From the NCBI RefSeq assembly GCF_020745735.1, contig NC_083435.1, positions 37,597,090 through 37,661,089 on the forward strand: 64,000 nucleotides of DNA, in the 5' to 3' direction. This DNA is from Hemiscyllium ocellatum. Taxonomy: Eukaryota. The first letter of the stretch is position 1; each line of letters begins with the position of its first letter. The notes under the pieces are model-generated. The model saw only the letters and a program-made list of their open reading frames with translations. It did not search any database and was not told where the DNA came from. A program made the translations under genes and the position numbers. This document shows, one piece after another, positions 51,170-63,104 of the stretch.

Positions 51170-51545
51170 CTATCTCTGCTCTGTCTCTCTCTCTCTAAGT
51201 ATCTCACTTTCCCTTTCTTTGTATCCCTATGTTTCTGTTTCTTCTTTGTCTCTGTCTCAGTCTCTCCGTCTGTCCCTCCCTTTCTCTCTCTCTCTCTCTC
51301 TCTCTTGGTTCTCTCTCTGGTTCTTTCTCTCTCTCTGGTTCTCTATCTCTCTCTCTCTCTCGTTCTCTCTCTGTCTCTCTCTGGTTCTTTCTCTCTCTGG
51401 TTTTCTCTCTGTCTCTCTCTGGTTCTTTCTCTCTCTCTCTCTCTGGTTCTTTCTCTCTCTCTCTCTCTGGTTTTCTCTCTGTCTCTCTCTGGTTCTTTCT
51501 CTCTCTCTCTGGTTCTCTCTCTCTCTCTCTCTGGTTTTCTTGCTC
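51170..51545. repeat. (CT)n-derived low-complexity tract with ctctctctggttcttt sub-units, in class I intron 1
   Basis: Near-pure polypyrimidine strand, preceded by a G-rich tract at 51041-51080. Confidence 0.9.
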
Positions 51546-52993
51546 TTTTTTTCTGTGCTCCTGCCACTTTCCGTGGACATGTTTCACTGTCTGTTTCATT
51601 GTTCCTTTCTGTCTAACAGTCTTTCCCCATCTCTCTCCCTGTGGGTTTGCTCTGAGGGAAACAGCTTTTTCTCTCTCTTTCTCCTTCCCCACAGATTTAA
51701 AATGAGCTGTTGGTTTCTGAAGCCCAGTGGTCACATGAGTCTGAAAGTACCTGATGTTGTCTGCTCCTCATTAGTAGCCTCAGTATTTGGATAGGAGACT
51801 GTCTGTCTTAAAATACCAGGGACAGTCATCTTTAAGGCTCCCGCAGCCAAGTCAGAAGGTCTAGATCTGAGTCCCACCCTGGAGATTTGTCATAACAAGT
51901 TGATTCAAAATGCTTACAGCAGCCTGTTTAATGCTTGAACTGAAAAAATGGTTGACAATAAAAAGGCAGCTTCCAGGAGCATTTTCTTTCCTATCAGAAA
52001 TCTTCCGATGTATAGACTCATAGAGATGTACAGCATGGAAACAGACCCTTTGGTCCAACCCATCCATGTTGACCAGATATCCCAACCCAATCTAGTCTCA
52101 CCTGCCAGCATCTGGCCTTATCTCTATTTTCACTCACTGAAGATTCACTGATCCAAATCTTCAGGTCTCTGGATTATCAGATTTGGGATCTAGATTGGGA
52201 GGCGCAAATCAGGATTCTGGGATTGTCTGGGATTCTCCACAACTGTTCTTAACATGGACTTCAGAATCAGAGACTTGGGTTAGGTATATACACTCTAGAA
52301 ACACGCTCGGCCAGGTAAAGTTACCCAGTTTAATTCCTGGGTCGACCAGTGATCAGCTAATCATTACAACCAGACACCCTAAGCCTGGGACGATATCCTG
52401 AGGAACCTGTACGGAGACGTCCTGGAGCTGAGATAACTGAACTCCAAAAACTACAACCGTCTTCCTGTGTGCTCCAACCAGCGAAGAGTTTTCCCTTGAT
52501 ACCTCGAACTTCTTGATGCCATATTTGTCAAATGCAGGATAAAGGGCTGTGGGAGCAGGCAGGAAGGTGGAGGTGAGACCAGGATGAGATCAGCCATGAT
52601 CATGTTAAATGGAGGAGTGGGCTCAAAGGGCTGAATTGCCCACTGCCACTCCTAATTCGGGCCAGTCACTCTTTCCTCACCTCTTGAACTGAAAGAAGTA
52701 GCTGAAAAAGCAGAAAAGGGTCAGGTTACAGAAGTCTCCACCAGTCGGGTCAATGCATTCAGTATCGACCCTGATCAGAGGATGTGTGCCAGTGTCTTTG
52801 GGACTTTTTCAGCTGCCGTTAGAGCTATGGTAGGTATGTACTGGTGTGGATACACTATCCAGATTTCAGCATTCACGCCATCATTCTGATTTCACACCAT
52901 CACTATGTGGGTGAGTTTTCCTTGATCAGGTGGTAGTGTTTGTAAGTGTTTATTCAGATGTCCCTTGAATGTATTAATGTTTATTTTCTACAG

Positions 52994-53254
52994 ACAGGAA
53001 TGCATTTACAGTTATGTATTTAGCTACCTCTGGCACTGCTGATTTACCTGAGTATGTTGGAGTGGGAATGATCAATGGAGTTCCAGTGGCCTATTATGAC
53101 AGCGGTACCCCTCAGATAATCTCCCGTCAGCAGTGGATGACAGATGCCTTTGATGAAGAATACTGGGAATATCTCACAAATCGAGGGATTAAACATTGTG
53201 CCATTGCAAAAGAGAACTTGAAGATGATAATGAAGAATACAAACCAGACATCCG
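52994..53254 (+). CDS. MHC class I-like heavy chain, alpha1 exon (87 codons)
   Basis: ctacag|AC acceptor and G|GTAAGA donor. Encodes DRNAFTVMYLATSG..EYVGVGMINGVPVAYYDS..RQQWM..EEYWE..ENLK..NQTSG, with W51, Y59, W60 and the N86 sequon. Confidence 0.93.
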
Positions 53255-53925
53255 GTAAGAGCAACAATACACATACTTCCACTTTGTTGTTTCTTCTTCA
53301 CCCAAAGCTCTGTTTCCATGTGATGCAGTGATTTGTGGTAGAGTGTAGTCCTTTCGATTTAGCCTACTATATTCACTGCTTGTGATGTGGTCTCCACACA
53401 CTGGAGAGATCATGCACACACAGGTGACCATTTTGCACAGCATTTCTGTTCCCTCTGTGACTCCAGCTTCCTGTCAGCTGATGTTTTAATGATCTACTGA
53501 GTTTCCGCCCTGACCTCTCTGGCCTCAGTCTCCACAATAGACAAATGAACAAGGCCAGTGAGGGTGAGGATAGGGTCAAGGTCACAGAACAGATTACAAG
53601 TTGGCTTCAAGACAAAATAGAGAACGGGAGTAAAAGATACTTATTCAGAGCTGCAGAAGGTGGGAAGTCTTCAGACCTGGGACTACTGCTGTTCACAAAT
53701 TACATCAATCCTTTGGACTTTGGAATCAAAACTTTTATAAAGTGCAGACGACATGAAATTGTAGGGAGTTGGCTGTGTTTTCTAGGAATTGGAAAGTTAT
53801 TTATTTGTGAGTAGCTGCCGATCTAGGTGGGGGGGAGAAGAAAAGGAGATCTTGCCATATAAACATATTATTCACTAAAATCTGCATTTCAGCTTAGCAA
53901 AGCCATTAAACAGTGAACCAAGCAC

Positions 53926-54219
53926 TAGATTAGATTACTTACAGTGTGGAAACAGGCCCTTTGGCCCAACAAGTCCACACCGACCCACCACCACACATTT
54001 ACCCCTTTACCAAACACTACGGGCAATTTAGCATGGCCAATTCACCTGGCCCACACGTCTTTGGACTAAGGGAGGAAACCGGAGCACCCGGAGGAAACCT
54101 CACACAGACACGGGGAGAACGTGCAAACACCACACAGTCAGTCGCCTGAGGCGGAAATTGAACCTGGGTCTCTGGCGCTGTGAGGCAGCAGTGCTAACCA
54201 CTGTGCCACCGTGCCACCC
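53926..54219 (-). mobile_element. V-SINE (HE1-like) in class I intron 2
   Basis: Head, V core and (taatc)n tail. Confidence 0.88.
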
Positions 54220-55606
54220 ACTAGGTTTTATATCTAAAGGAGCAGCATTGAAAATTGGGGAAACTATGCTAAATTTGTATTGATCAGTTACTCAGATCAC
54301 AGACTGCAACTCTTGTTACCATATTATGAAAAGGATAAAACATTGGGCACTGGAGATGGTGCTGAGAGGATGTATAACATGGGATACATATCAGAATGCT
54401 GTGTTTTTCCAGCACCACATTTTTCAACTACATATCAGAAAAGAATTGAAAGTTGAGTCCATTCTACCTTAGAGGCAAAAAGGCCTCACGAGTGCATATT
54501 GGAGGTTTTAATAACTTTGGAAGATTTTGATTGAGTTGGAGAGAACATTTTTGGGGAAAATTATTCAAAGCCTTAATGTAAGATAACCAGAGAAACCCAA
54601 AGGAGAATTTAAACGTTTACGCAAAGAGTAGAAAAAATGTATGACTCGCCACCACAGGGAGTTATTAAAGTAAATAGTATTGTTACATTTAAAGAGAAGC
54701 TAGAGTATTTTGAGGGAAAGGCAATAGATGATTACTAATGTAGGTTTACAGCAAAGAGGATGGGAGGAGCTCAGGTTGAGCATAAGCACTTGCAGGGACT
54801 GGTTTAACCTGTTTCTGTGCCAGGAATCCTGTGTAATCCTTCTAAACACTCAATTTCTGTTCCTTTACCCACCAACACTCCCTTTGGCTCTGCAACACCA
54901 ACTCCTTTGTCATTTAACCTCTCCCCATTCCAGTCTGTCACTAATCTTCTCCCTTATTCCATTTCCACTCTCACTTGCTCAAAACCTGTTATGTATTGAA
55001 AAACTTTCCCCGTCTGACAAAGGTCATCAACCTGAAATTCTTCCCCTGTCAGTGGATGCTAGCTGACTTATTATCTCTCAGCTGACTGCTGTGTTCAGTG
55101 AGTGCCAGGTGGGCATCCATCTGTAGTTACACTGCAACCCATGACCCTTGGGTGTACATACAATGTATGGGCAATCCTGTCCACTGTATTACAGCGTTCA
55201 ATCAGGTAAACCAGGCTAATTCCCTCTTTGATGGGATTTTTGTGGAACTGACAAGGTCAACATTTGTTGCCTGTCCCGAATTTGACATGAACTAAGTGAC
55301 TTGCTCAGCCTTTTCAGAGGCCAGTTAAGAGTCAACCAGATTGCTGTAGGAGTCACATGCTGACAGACCTCCTGTTCTTAAGCACATGTAGTGAAGCAGA
55401 TGGACAGATTTGATATTACAGTGGATGGTTTCACTGCCAACAAACCATATTCCTGATTTTATTACGATCCAGGACAAAGCAGCCCACTTGATTGCAACCA
55501 AATCCACCTCTTTTGAAATTCACTCCTGTCACTATACTGCACAATTCCCCACACAGTGTACCACCATACTATGAATGGCACTGCAGTAATCCACTTGGAC
55601 TTTTTT

Positions 55607-55877
55607 TTTAGATTAGATTAGATTACATTAGATTAGATTACTTACAGTGTGGAAACAGGCCCTTCGGCCCAACAAGTCCACACCGACCCGCCGAAGCACA
55701 ACCCACCCATACCCCTATATTTACCCCTTACCTAACACTACGGGCAATTTAGCATGGCCAATTCACCTGACCCGCACATCTTTGGACTGTGGGAGGAAAC
55801 CGGAGCACCCGGAGGAAACCCACGCAGACATGGGGAGAATGTGCAAACTCCACACAGTCAGTCGCCTGAGGCGGGAA
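55607..55877 (-). mobile_element. V-SINE (HE1-like), 5'-truncated, in class I intron 2
   Basis: V core and long (ctaat)n tail. Confidence 0.88.
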
Positions 55878-56324
55878 CTTGTTTAACAAAGTCCTCAATC
55901 TAACAAACTCCATTATCCAGAAAGACAAATTGGCGTTTATTAACACCTTCAGCTTCACTTCCAAGTCACAGAGCATCCAAAGTTGTTGAAATCCTGTCCA
56001 ATAACAGTGAATGGTTAATGATGACTGGAATACTGATAATGTTCACTTGGGTGCCTGTCACAGAGGGATGAATCTGTTTGCAGTTTAGGCGGTATGAGTT
56101 GTCGAGAAGTGAGGAATGCAGCTGTGCTCAGCTGGGAGAAAGAGGGAAAATTTACATATACTTCAGGCTTTTCATAACCTCAGGGCAGCTCATCTCCAGA
56201 GAATCACTGCAAGAATATAGGAAATAGAGGAATCGACTTGAACATCGCAAGCTCCCATGGCATAATGTGACAATGATCCCCACTTATTATGATGTTGAAT
56301 GAGGAGTAAATATTTGTCAATAAA

Positions 56325-56445
56325 GTGTGGCACTGGAAAAGGCACAGCAGGTCTGATGAAGGATTATGCTCGAAACATCGACTCTCCTGCTCCTCAGATG
56401 CTGCCTGACCTGCTGTGCCTTTTCCAGCACCACACTTTGTTGACT
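56325..56445 (+). mobile_element. Short Penelope terminal fold-back
   Basis: gtgtggcactggaaaaggcacagcaggtc is inverted to gacctgctgtgccttttccagcaccacac, enclosing a degenerate hammerhead motif. Confidence 0.75.
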
Positions 56446-58075
56446 CTGACTCCCCTCCTCGTAAATATTAGTCAGCAGACGGAGGATAACTCCTCAATGT
56501 GTCATCAGAATGCCATGGAATCTTTTACATCTCTCATCAGAGAGAGAGAGCTGCTGGTCACCATACCTCAGGCAAGGGGACAGATTGGGGAGGAGAATCC
56601 TTCATGGTAACTTCAGCTGGTGTGGGAATTGAACCCATCTGTTGGTTTACTCTGCATTACAAGCTAGCCATCCAGCCAGCAGAGCTAACCAATACCCTCA
56701 GGTTAAGTAATCACCAGTTCTATCTTTCTGTGATGAGAGAGCAGCCTATGGTCCAGTTGGATGATGGTGACTTCACCTTGGAGATGATGCTATATAATGT
56801 GAGACTGCTTCAGCAGATCTCTTATTTGCTTTGAAGTAAGGTTGAGCTCTGATTCTATGCTAAGACTAAATCTCTGTGTGGGTATATGAATAGGAAGGGA
56901 TTAGGGGAGTACGGGCTAAATCCAGGCAAACGGGACCAGACTAATTTAGGATATCTGGTCGGCATGAATGAGTTGGTTGAAAAGGATCTTTTTCTGTGCT
57001 GTGCATCTCTATGACTGTGTCTCTATGAAGCCAGAAATCACATGACACCAGATTATAGTCCAACAGGTTTATTTGAAATCACAAGCTTTCAGAGGGTAGC
57101 CCCATCATCAGGTGTAGTGAGAGAGAAGCACACAGACAAGAATCTGGGCAGAGAGATCAAAAGATCACAAAAGTGGTGTGAATGGAGTGCCAAATAAGAA
57201 GTCACTGCAGCTGACCAAGAGTGTTAGACAGTGAGAGTAAAGTGTCAACAGCTGAATAACAACTGAAGGGGTGACCTGTAATCCCATTAAATGAGGCAGA
57301 GAGATAATTCCAAAACATTAAAAATACGGTGGTAATGGAGACAACCCAAATGCCTGGAATAACATGGAATAAAAACGGAAGCTGCTGGAAAAGCCCAGCA
57401 GTATCTGTCCAGAAAAACCAGAGGAAGGGTCACCAGACCCAAGACATTAATTCTGATTTTCCTCCCTATATGAGAGGGAGTACAGGTTTGGCATTTCATT
57501 TGAAAGATGGACAGGCGTTGTGGAGTGTGGGGCGATGATTGTATGACCATGAAGGGAGCAGAACGCAGGAATATTGTAACAGAGAGGCTCGTGCAGTGAT
57601 CCTATCTCGTGAGCTCATTGAACTTGCTTTATTAGCTACACTCCCCAGGAGATGAGTTCCTCACATTGATTTCCTTGCTGGTCCTTTGTCATTGACAGTG
57701 CAGGTATTGCCAGGATGGCTTCATGTCCCTACAGGGGAACAGGTTTTACCTCCTCCTGTACACCCTCAAAACTAGGATATACTTCCCAAGTTCCAGAGAA
57801 CTGCTTGGGTTTCACAAGATGAAGATATTCACAGACAATAGATTTCTTCCATGCAGGTGTTCCTTCAGTACTGTGTGCAAAATTGGTTTTACAGTAATAA
57901 ATCCTGCTGTAAACAATTCAATAAAGAAATCTATTGTAATAATCAGCTAGTTTAATTTTACTAGTGTTGCAATCCAGAGCCCACAGAGAAACCTATTACT
58001 GAGCGCACAGGGAAACCCATTACATATTAAATTTTCTAACAATAGTACCTTTTGTTTACCGTTCATTACTGACAG

Positions 58076-58351
58076 GAATTCACATTTTCCAATGGATAAG
58101 GAAAGTTGAAATAAATGATGACAGCTCCACTAATATCACGATGCGATTTGGATTTGATGGAAAGGACTTTATTAGCTTAGAGCCAGACAGAATGAGATGG
58201 ATCGCATCCAATCACTTTGCAGTGAAAACTGCAGAGAAATGGAATTCAGATGAATCCTGGAACAAATATTGGAAATGGCAGTTGGAAATAGAACTTGTTG
58301 AACGCTTAAAACTACGCTTACATTTTGGAAAGGAATATCTCAAAAGGACAG
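58076..58351 (+). CDS. MHC class I-like heavy chain, alpha2 exon (92 codons), no cysteines
   Basis: gacag|GA acceptor and G|GTATTT donor. Encodes GIHIFQW..FGFDGKDFISL..W..KTAEKWN..LE..VE.LK..L..GKEYLKRT. Confidence 0.93.
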
Positions 58352-58455
58352 GTATTTATTTCAGTTCTGATCTAACCTCACTGATCTATGAATCCGTTCT
58401 CCCATTCCATTCAGTGTCTGTCTGTTGTTTGTGTTTTCACCCTTTCCCATCACAG

Positions 58456-58734
58456 TTCAGCCTGAAGTGTTCATCTCCAGGAGGGAGCCCAATGGTCAGG
58501 ACAAGCCGCTCACTCTCTCCTGCCTGGTCACTGGGTTTTATCCTGCAGACATCGAGGTGACCTGGCTAAGGAATGGAGAGGTCATGTCTGAGACCCAATC
58601 CTCGGGGGTTCGACCGAACCACGATGGGACCCATCAGATCCAGAAAGAGATTGAGATCAATGCTGGGGATGAGGATCAATACTCCTGTCAAATTGAACAC
58701 AGCAGCCTGGCAGAGGCCCAGCTCTATCAGTGGG
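58456..58734 (+). CDS. MHC class I-like heavy chain, alpha3 (Ig C1) exon (93 codons)
   Basis: cacag|TT acceptor and G|GTAAGG donor. Encodes LSCLVTGFYPADIEVTWLRNGE..RPNHDGTHQ..YSCQIEHSSL..W. Confidence 0.95.
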
Positions 58735-60054
58735 GTAAGGGACTATAATCGATATTCATGTGTGAGGGAGAAAGAGAACAGGGAGAGTGTGTGTAACTAA
58801 AAGGATCAAATGAATGAGATATACATAGTAACAGGCAAGAGAAACTGAGACTGCGCCGAAGAAACAGATTCAAAAAAAGGAATAAAACAGAAAGAAATGT
58901 GGAATGGTAAAATGAAATACGTCACTAAGCAAGCTATATATTTTTACATTTTGTAATTTTTCTGATGGTTTGGCTGCAGGATTTTTGAATGAATTCAGAG
59001 TGCCACGTAGCTGTTTGTGTAATGGCAACAGACCACCGGTTAATTGTACACTTAAACCTTCTGAGAAACTGAATTTACCAGAGATTTGGTGAAGACATTT
59101 TGTCAAAATGATGTTTGTCACAAATCACATTTAGTTGGAGACATCGTAATTCCTTGACACCATACAAAAGCATATTAAATATTACAATGACCTCAATCAT
59201 TCATGCAAAACATGAGCTGGTATGTAAGTGGGGACCCAATAGTTAGAGACAATCGAGCAAGGTTTTGTTTGGCATCTCCAGTAACTGGTGAGAGTTTTAT
59301 CTTCCAGCTGGTATACTGTAACATAATAAATTTACCAAATGAGTAACTGGTTAACTAAGTATACAAATACATTTAGATGAAGATAGCAGCACTGATAGTG
59401 TGTCATAATTGCAATAAAATGACAGGTCGTGCAGTGTACTGCAATTTTAATGAACCATAACTATGGTTAGTGTAAGCAATTTGAACATGTTTATATCTGA
59501 GTTACCGAGATAGATTTGGAATTGCAGACATGACAGTCAGAGAGAGGGTGAGGTACCAGTTACATTCTTTAGATTAAGTAGAACTTTAAAGTTGGCCGAC
59601 TGACCGGGGACAGGAGAGTGTGACTGTGAGTCAGGCAGATGCTGGGATTCAGGATGGAGTGGTAGGGGAGACTTGGCCAGTAATTGGGAAGTATTTGCCA
59701 ATGAGATTAAAGACTGTAAGGTGGATGTATGACTAATTGTAGCACTGTGGTTCAGGATCCGGTTTGTTGCTGGGGACAGGGTGTGTGGAAAGAATTTTGA
59801 TAGTAATGGGATATGACGATTCTCTGCAACTGTGAATGAGAGTTCCCCAATGTTTGTGTTCCATTGCCTGGTGCCTTATTAAGGATGTCTTTTCATATCT
59901 AGAGATGAAATTGGACTGGAGGTCAAGGGCAGCAAGGGGATTGAGTTGTTGTGGTCCATGCAGAGCTAATGATAGGAATAAAACTCAGAATGAATTTTCA
60001 CTGACTGAGTTTGAGGAGTTGGCATGTGCTAAAATGCAAAACCTCAAAGATATT

Positions 60055-60295
60055 TAGAACAAAGAACAAAGAAAATTTACATCCCAGGAACAGGCCCTTC
60101 GGCCCTCCAAGCCTGAGCTGATCCAAATCCACTGCCTAAACCTGTCGCCCAATTCCTAAGCATCTGTATCCCTCTGCTCCCCACCTACTCATGCATCTGT
60201 CCAGATGCATCTTAAATGAATCTACTGTGCCTGCCTCTACCACCTCTGCTGGCAACGTGTTCCAAATGCCCACCACTCTCTGTGTGAAGTAATTG
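60055..60295 (-). mobile_element. CR1 3' tail fragment
   Basis: gaacaaagaacaaagaa tail next to a ggaacaggcccttcggccc 3'UTR. Confidence 0.75.
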
Positions 60296-60399
60296 TCGCA
60301 TATGTATATGTGGTTGGGGGAGACAGCTGGGACCGAGGGAGAAAGTTGTTAGACTGATACAATCAATATACTCTGCATGAAAAATTAAAAAGTTACACA

Positions 60400-61070
60400 T
60401 CTCATAGTTCCTATTTAGCAGTTACATTCAAATCTATTAAGAAAACTATGTATACCTGGATTGTTATCTCTGCCATGTGTTAACCTGAATAGGATCAGAT
60501 GGATTAAATGTAGGCTCAAAAGATAGTTTAAAGAGAAGGGGTCTTGATTCACGGGGCACTGGTACCAATATTCAGAAAAGAGAACTTTTTTTCAGGATGG
60601 TTTGAACTGGGCTGGGTTCATTGTCCTGAAATAATATATCTGGGCAGTCTTGAAACTGATGGTTTGAGGCTGGCAGGTTTGGATGATAGGAGACTTAGAA
60701 ATCTAATGAGGGAAATAGAGACAATGGAACAGTGGAAAGATTTGGGCATAAAAACAAGAATGGGAAAAGACACAGAGTTTGACATTAATACTGCAGCAGA
60801 GAATAAGGTCCATGCAAATGGTAGTACCAAATACTCAGAGGCATTTAAACTGAATTTGCAAAGTATTTGTAATAAGATGGATCAACCATAGGTACAAGTT
60901 AGAGATAGATGGTTCATATCTAATCATCACTGTGAAACACAGTTTACAAACTGACCAAAGCTGGGGAATAAATATCACAAGAATATAACATTTTGGAAAG
61001 ACAGGAAGAGTGGTGGAGGAGGAGGAGGAGGAATAATAACCTTACAACAAAAAACATGGTAAAGCAGGAC
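60400..61070 (+). mobile_element. Degraded CR1 ORF1/ORF2 junction remnant
   Basis: Esterase-like remnant (HGALVPIF..E.F..DGL.L) and APE-like segment (itetw..lnitgyni..kdr..GGG). Confidence 0.45.
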
Positions 61071-63104
61071 ATTTCCAAACCTGTCAGCCATTCCCCCTCC
61101 CCAGTGATGTTGCAGGATTAAATTTTAGTGTCTCTAGCTCCAAGATGGTACTGGTGGTGAGAGGGGCTCAGAGAGAGTTTTGTCAGCTGTAAGACCCCTT
61201 CAGATGTTTGTATTTTTGTTATGTTGTTTCATTGTCTGTTCTTCGAGATCCAATTGCTGCTACAACCATGATCTGTAAGATGCTGGGTCTTCCCTTTTTT
61301 CCCAGGGCTAAAACTAGTGACTGTAAAGCCCTACCTTTTAAATGCAAAGAGCTGTCCCACAAACCACTTCACCTGCACCACCCCTCTCCCTTAGTCCTCT
61401 TCCCGCGGTTTTCAATCCAGAGTCACACACAATCTGAAACTTTAAAATGGGGTCCCATCAAGATAGTGTTTGGGTAGCACTGTCATCACAGCAGGACTGG
61501 GAAAGGAAGTTGGTGCAGAGGATCAGGAAGTAAAACACGTGCAGATGAAGAGCAGGAATCACAAGACTCAGAAACAGAAGTGGAACAGTTTAAAGGCCCC
61601 CTCACAGCGATTTCACTGAGACAGAGAACATTAAGCAAAAAAAAATAGTCGAAGCATGCAACAAAGAATATGCAATAATGTTTGTGAGATGTTTTCTTTT
61701 TGGATTTGTATCTAAATAGGAACTACAAGACATAACTTTTTAACTTTCATTCGTGTAGAGTATATTGATTGTAACTTTCTCCCTCAGTCCCAGCTCTTTC
61801 CCCCTCCCCCATATATATCCAGACATCAATTAGTCATCAACAACCAGCAACCAACATCTCTTCTAATCCTTACTACAGTAATTTCTGTATTATTAGTATT
61901 GAACGGATTTCTAAAATAGAAAGTTGCAGAATCATCTATGGGTCAAGTGCAAGGTACTTTCCAGCTTGTGTTATGCAATGAAGCACAATTCAATTAATAA
62001 TCACATATTAGTTGACTGTATGATAAAAGGTATTCATAATACAATGAATTCCATCTTAAGTTTGGGGAAAAAAACTCCAGTCTCAAATCGTTAAATTGTT
62101 ACGAAGGGGAAATTAACTATAGTGCAATTGTAAATAAAATTACAAGGTATAATGCTTAATCAATGGAGAAAAATATTTAAAACTACATGTTCAATGAAAA
62201 TACACATGATTGAGAAAAAGGACTGAGCAAGAATAATCTAATTGTGGCCTGCTAAAGAAACTAGGAAGAAAATGGGGTAAAAGATAGAACAGAAAAGTAA
62301 ATCAACCAGGGATATGAAAGCAGATCTTTTACAAATAAATCAGCTAAAGTAAACATTGATCACTTAGAGGCAAAATAAATTGTAATGAGTGATAAAAGAA
62401 TGAGAGACCTTGTACAAATATTTTGGCTCTATATAAAAGAGGTAACGTTACATTCCAGAAATAGGGAGTGATCAAAGAGCGAACAATAAGGCAATTCAGA
62501 CCAGCAGAAACAGTCCAGTGCTCACTGAGTGCTTCAGTAAAATGACAGCCAAGATTTAGTGCTCAAGAACTAATTGTGTCTCAGATATGCTCACTGCTAC
62601 TTGCCCATGACCAATTTCAAGTCCAAATTCCTCTCTCCTCCCCCGCCAACCACTAAGAAGGAAGCTAGGAATAAAATGGAGTAAAAGATAATGAATGACG
62701 GTGAACCAATTAGAATATAAAAGCAGATCTTTTATTATATTGCCAGGCAGCAAATCCAAGACGTAGAAGTAGATTTTCAACACGTATAAAGTTTATAATA
62801 AAATGAGAGTGGATGTGACAAGGACATGGCAATTTATAATATAATTTAACAATGACATCAGCTGTCATGTGCAGGAGCCTGTAAAGACAGGATAGAATGT
62901 TCTGTGCTTCTGAGAGATGAACTTGCAGTGTTATATATATTGACGTAATTTCTAGGGTTTGTAAAACTCTACTAGAGTCAGTCTGAGGGCAGTCATTATA
63001 GTCCACATACAACCTGAAGGAGTTAGGATAGCTATCTCTTCAATGCGCAGAACAGAACACTCAGCCATATGTCTCATGACAACACAAACCATGGTAATAG
63101 TAAG

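Noticed and set aside
50950-51794. Overlapping 150-240 aa Leu/Ser- or Arg/Glu-rich ORFs
   Set aside because: Translations of the (CT)n tract within class I intron 1.
58141-58560. Single ORF running from alpha2 through intron 3
   Set aside because: The 104-bp intron has good GT/AG signals, and retention would frameshift alpha3. Same for the alpha1 read-through ORF to 53331.
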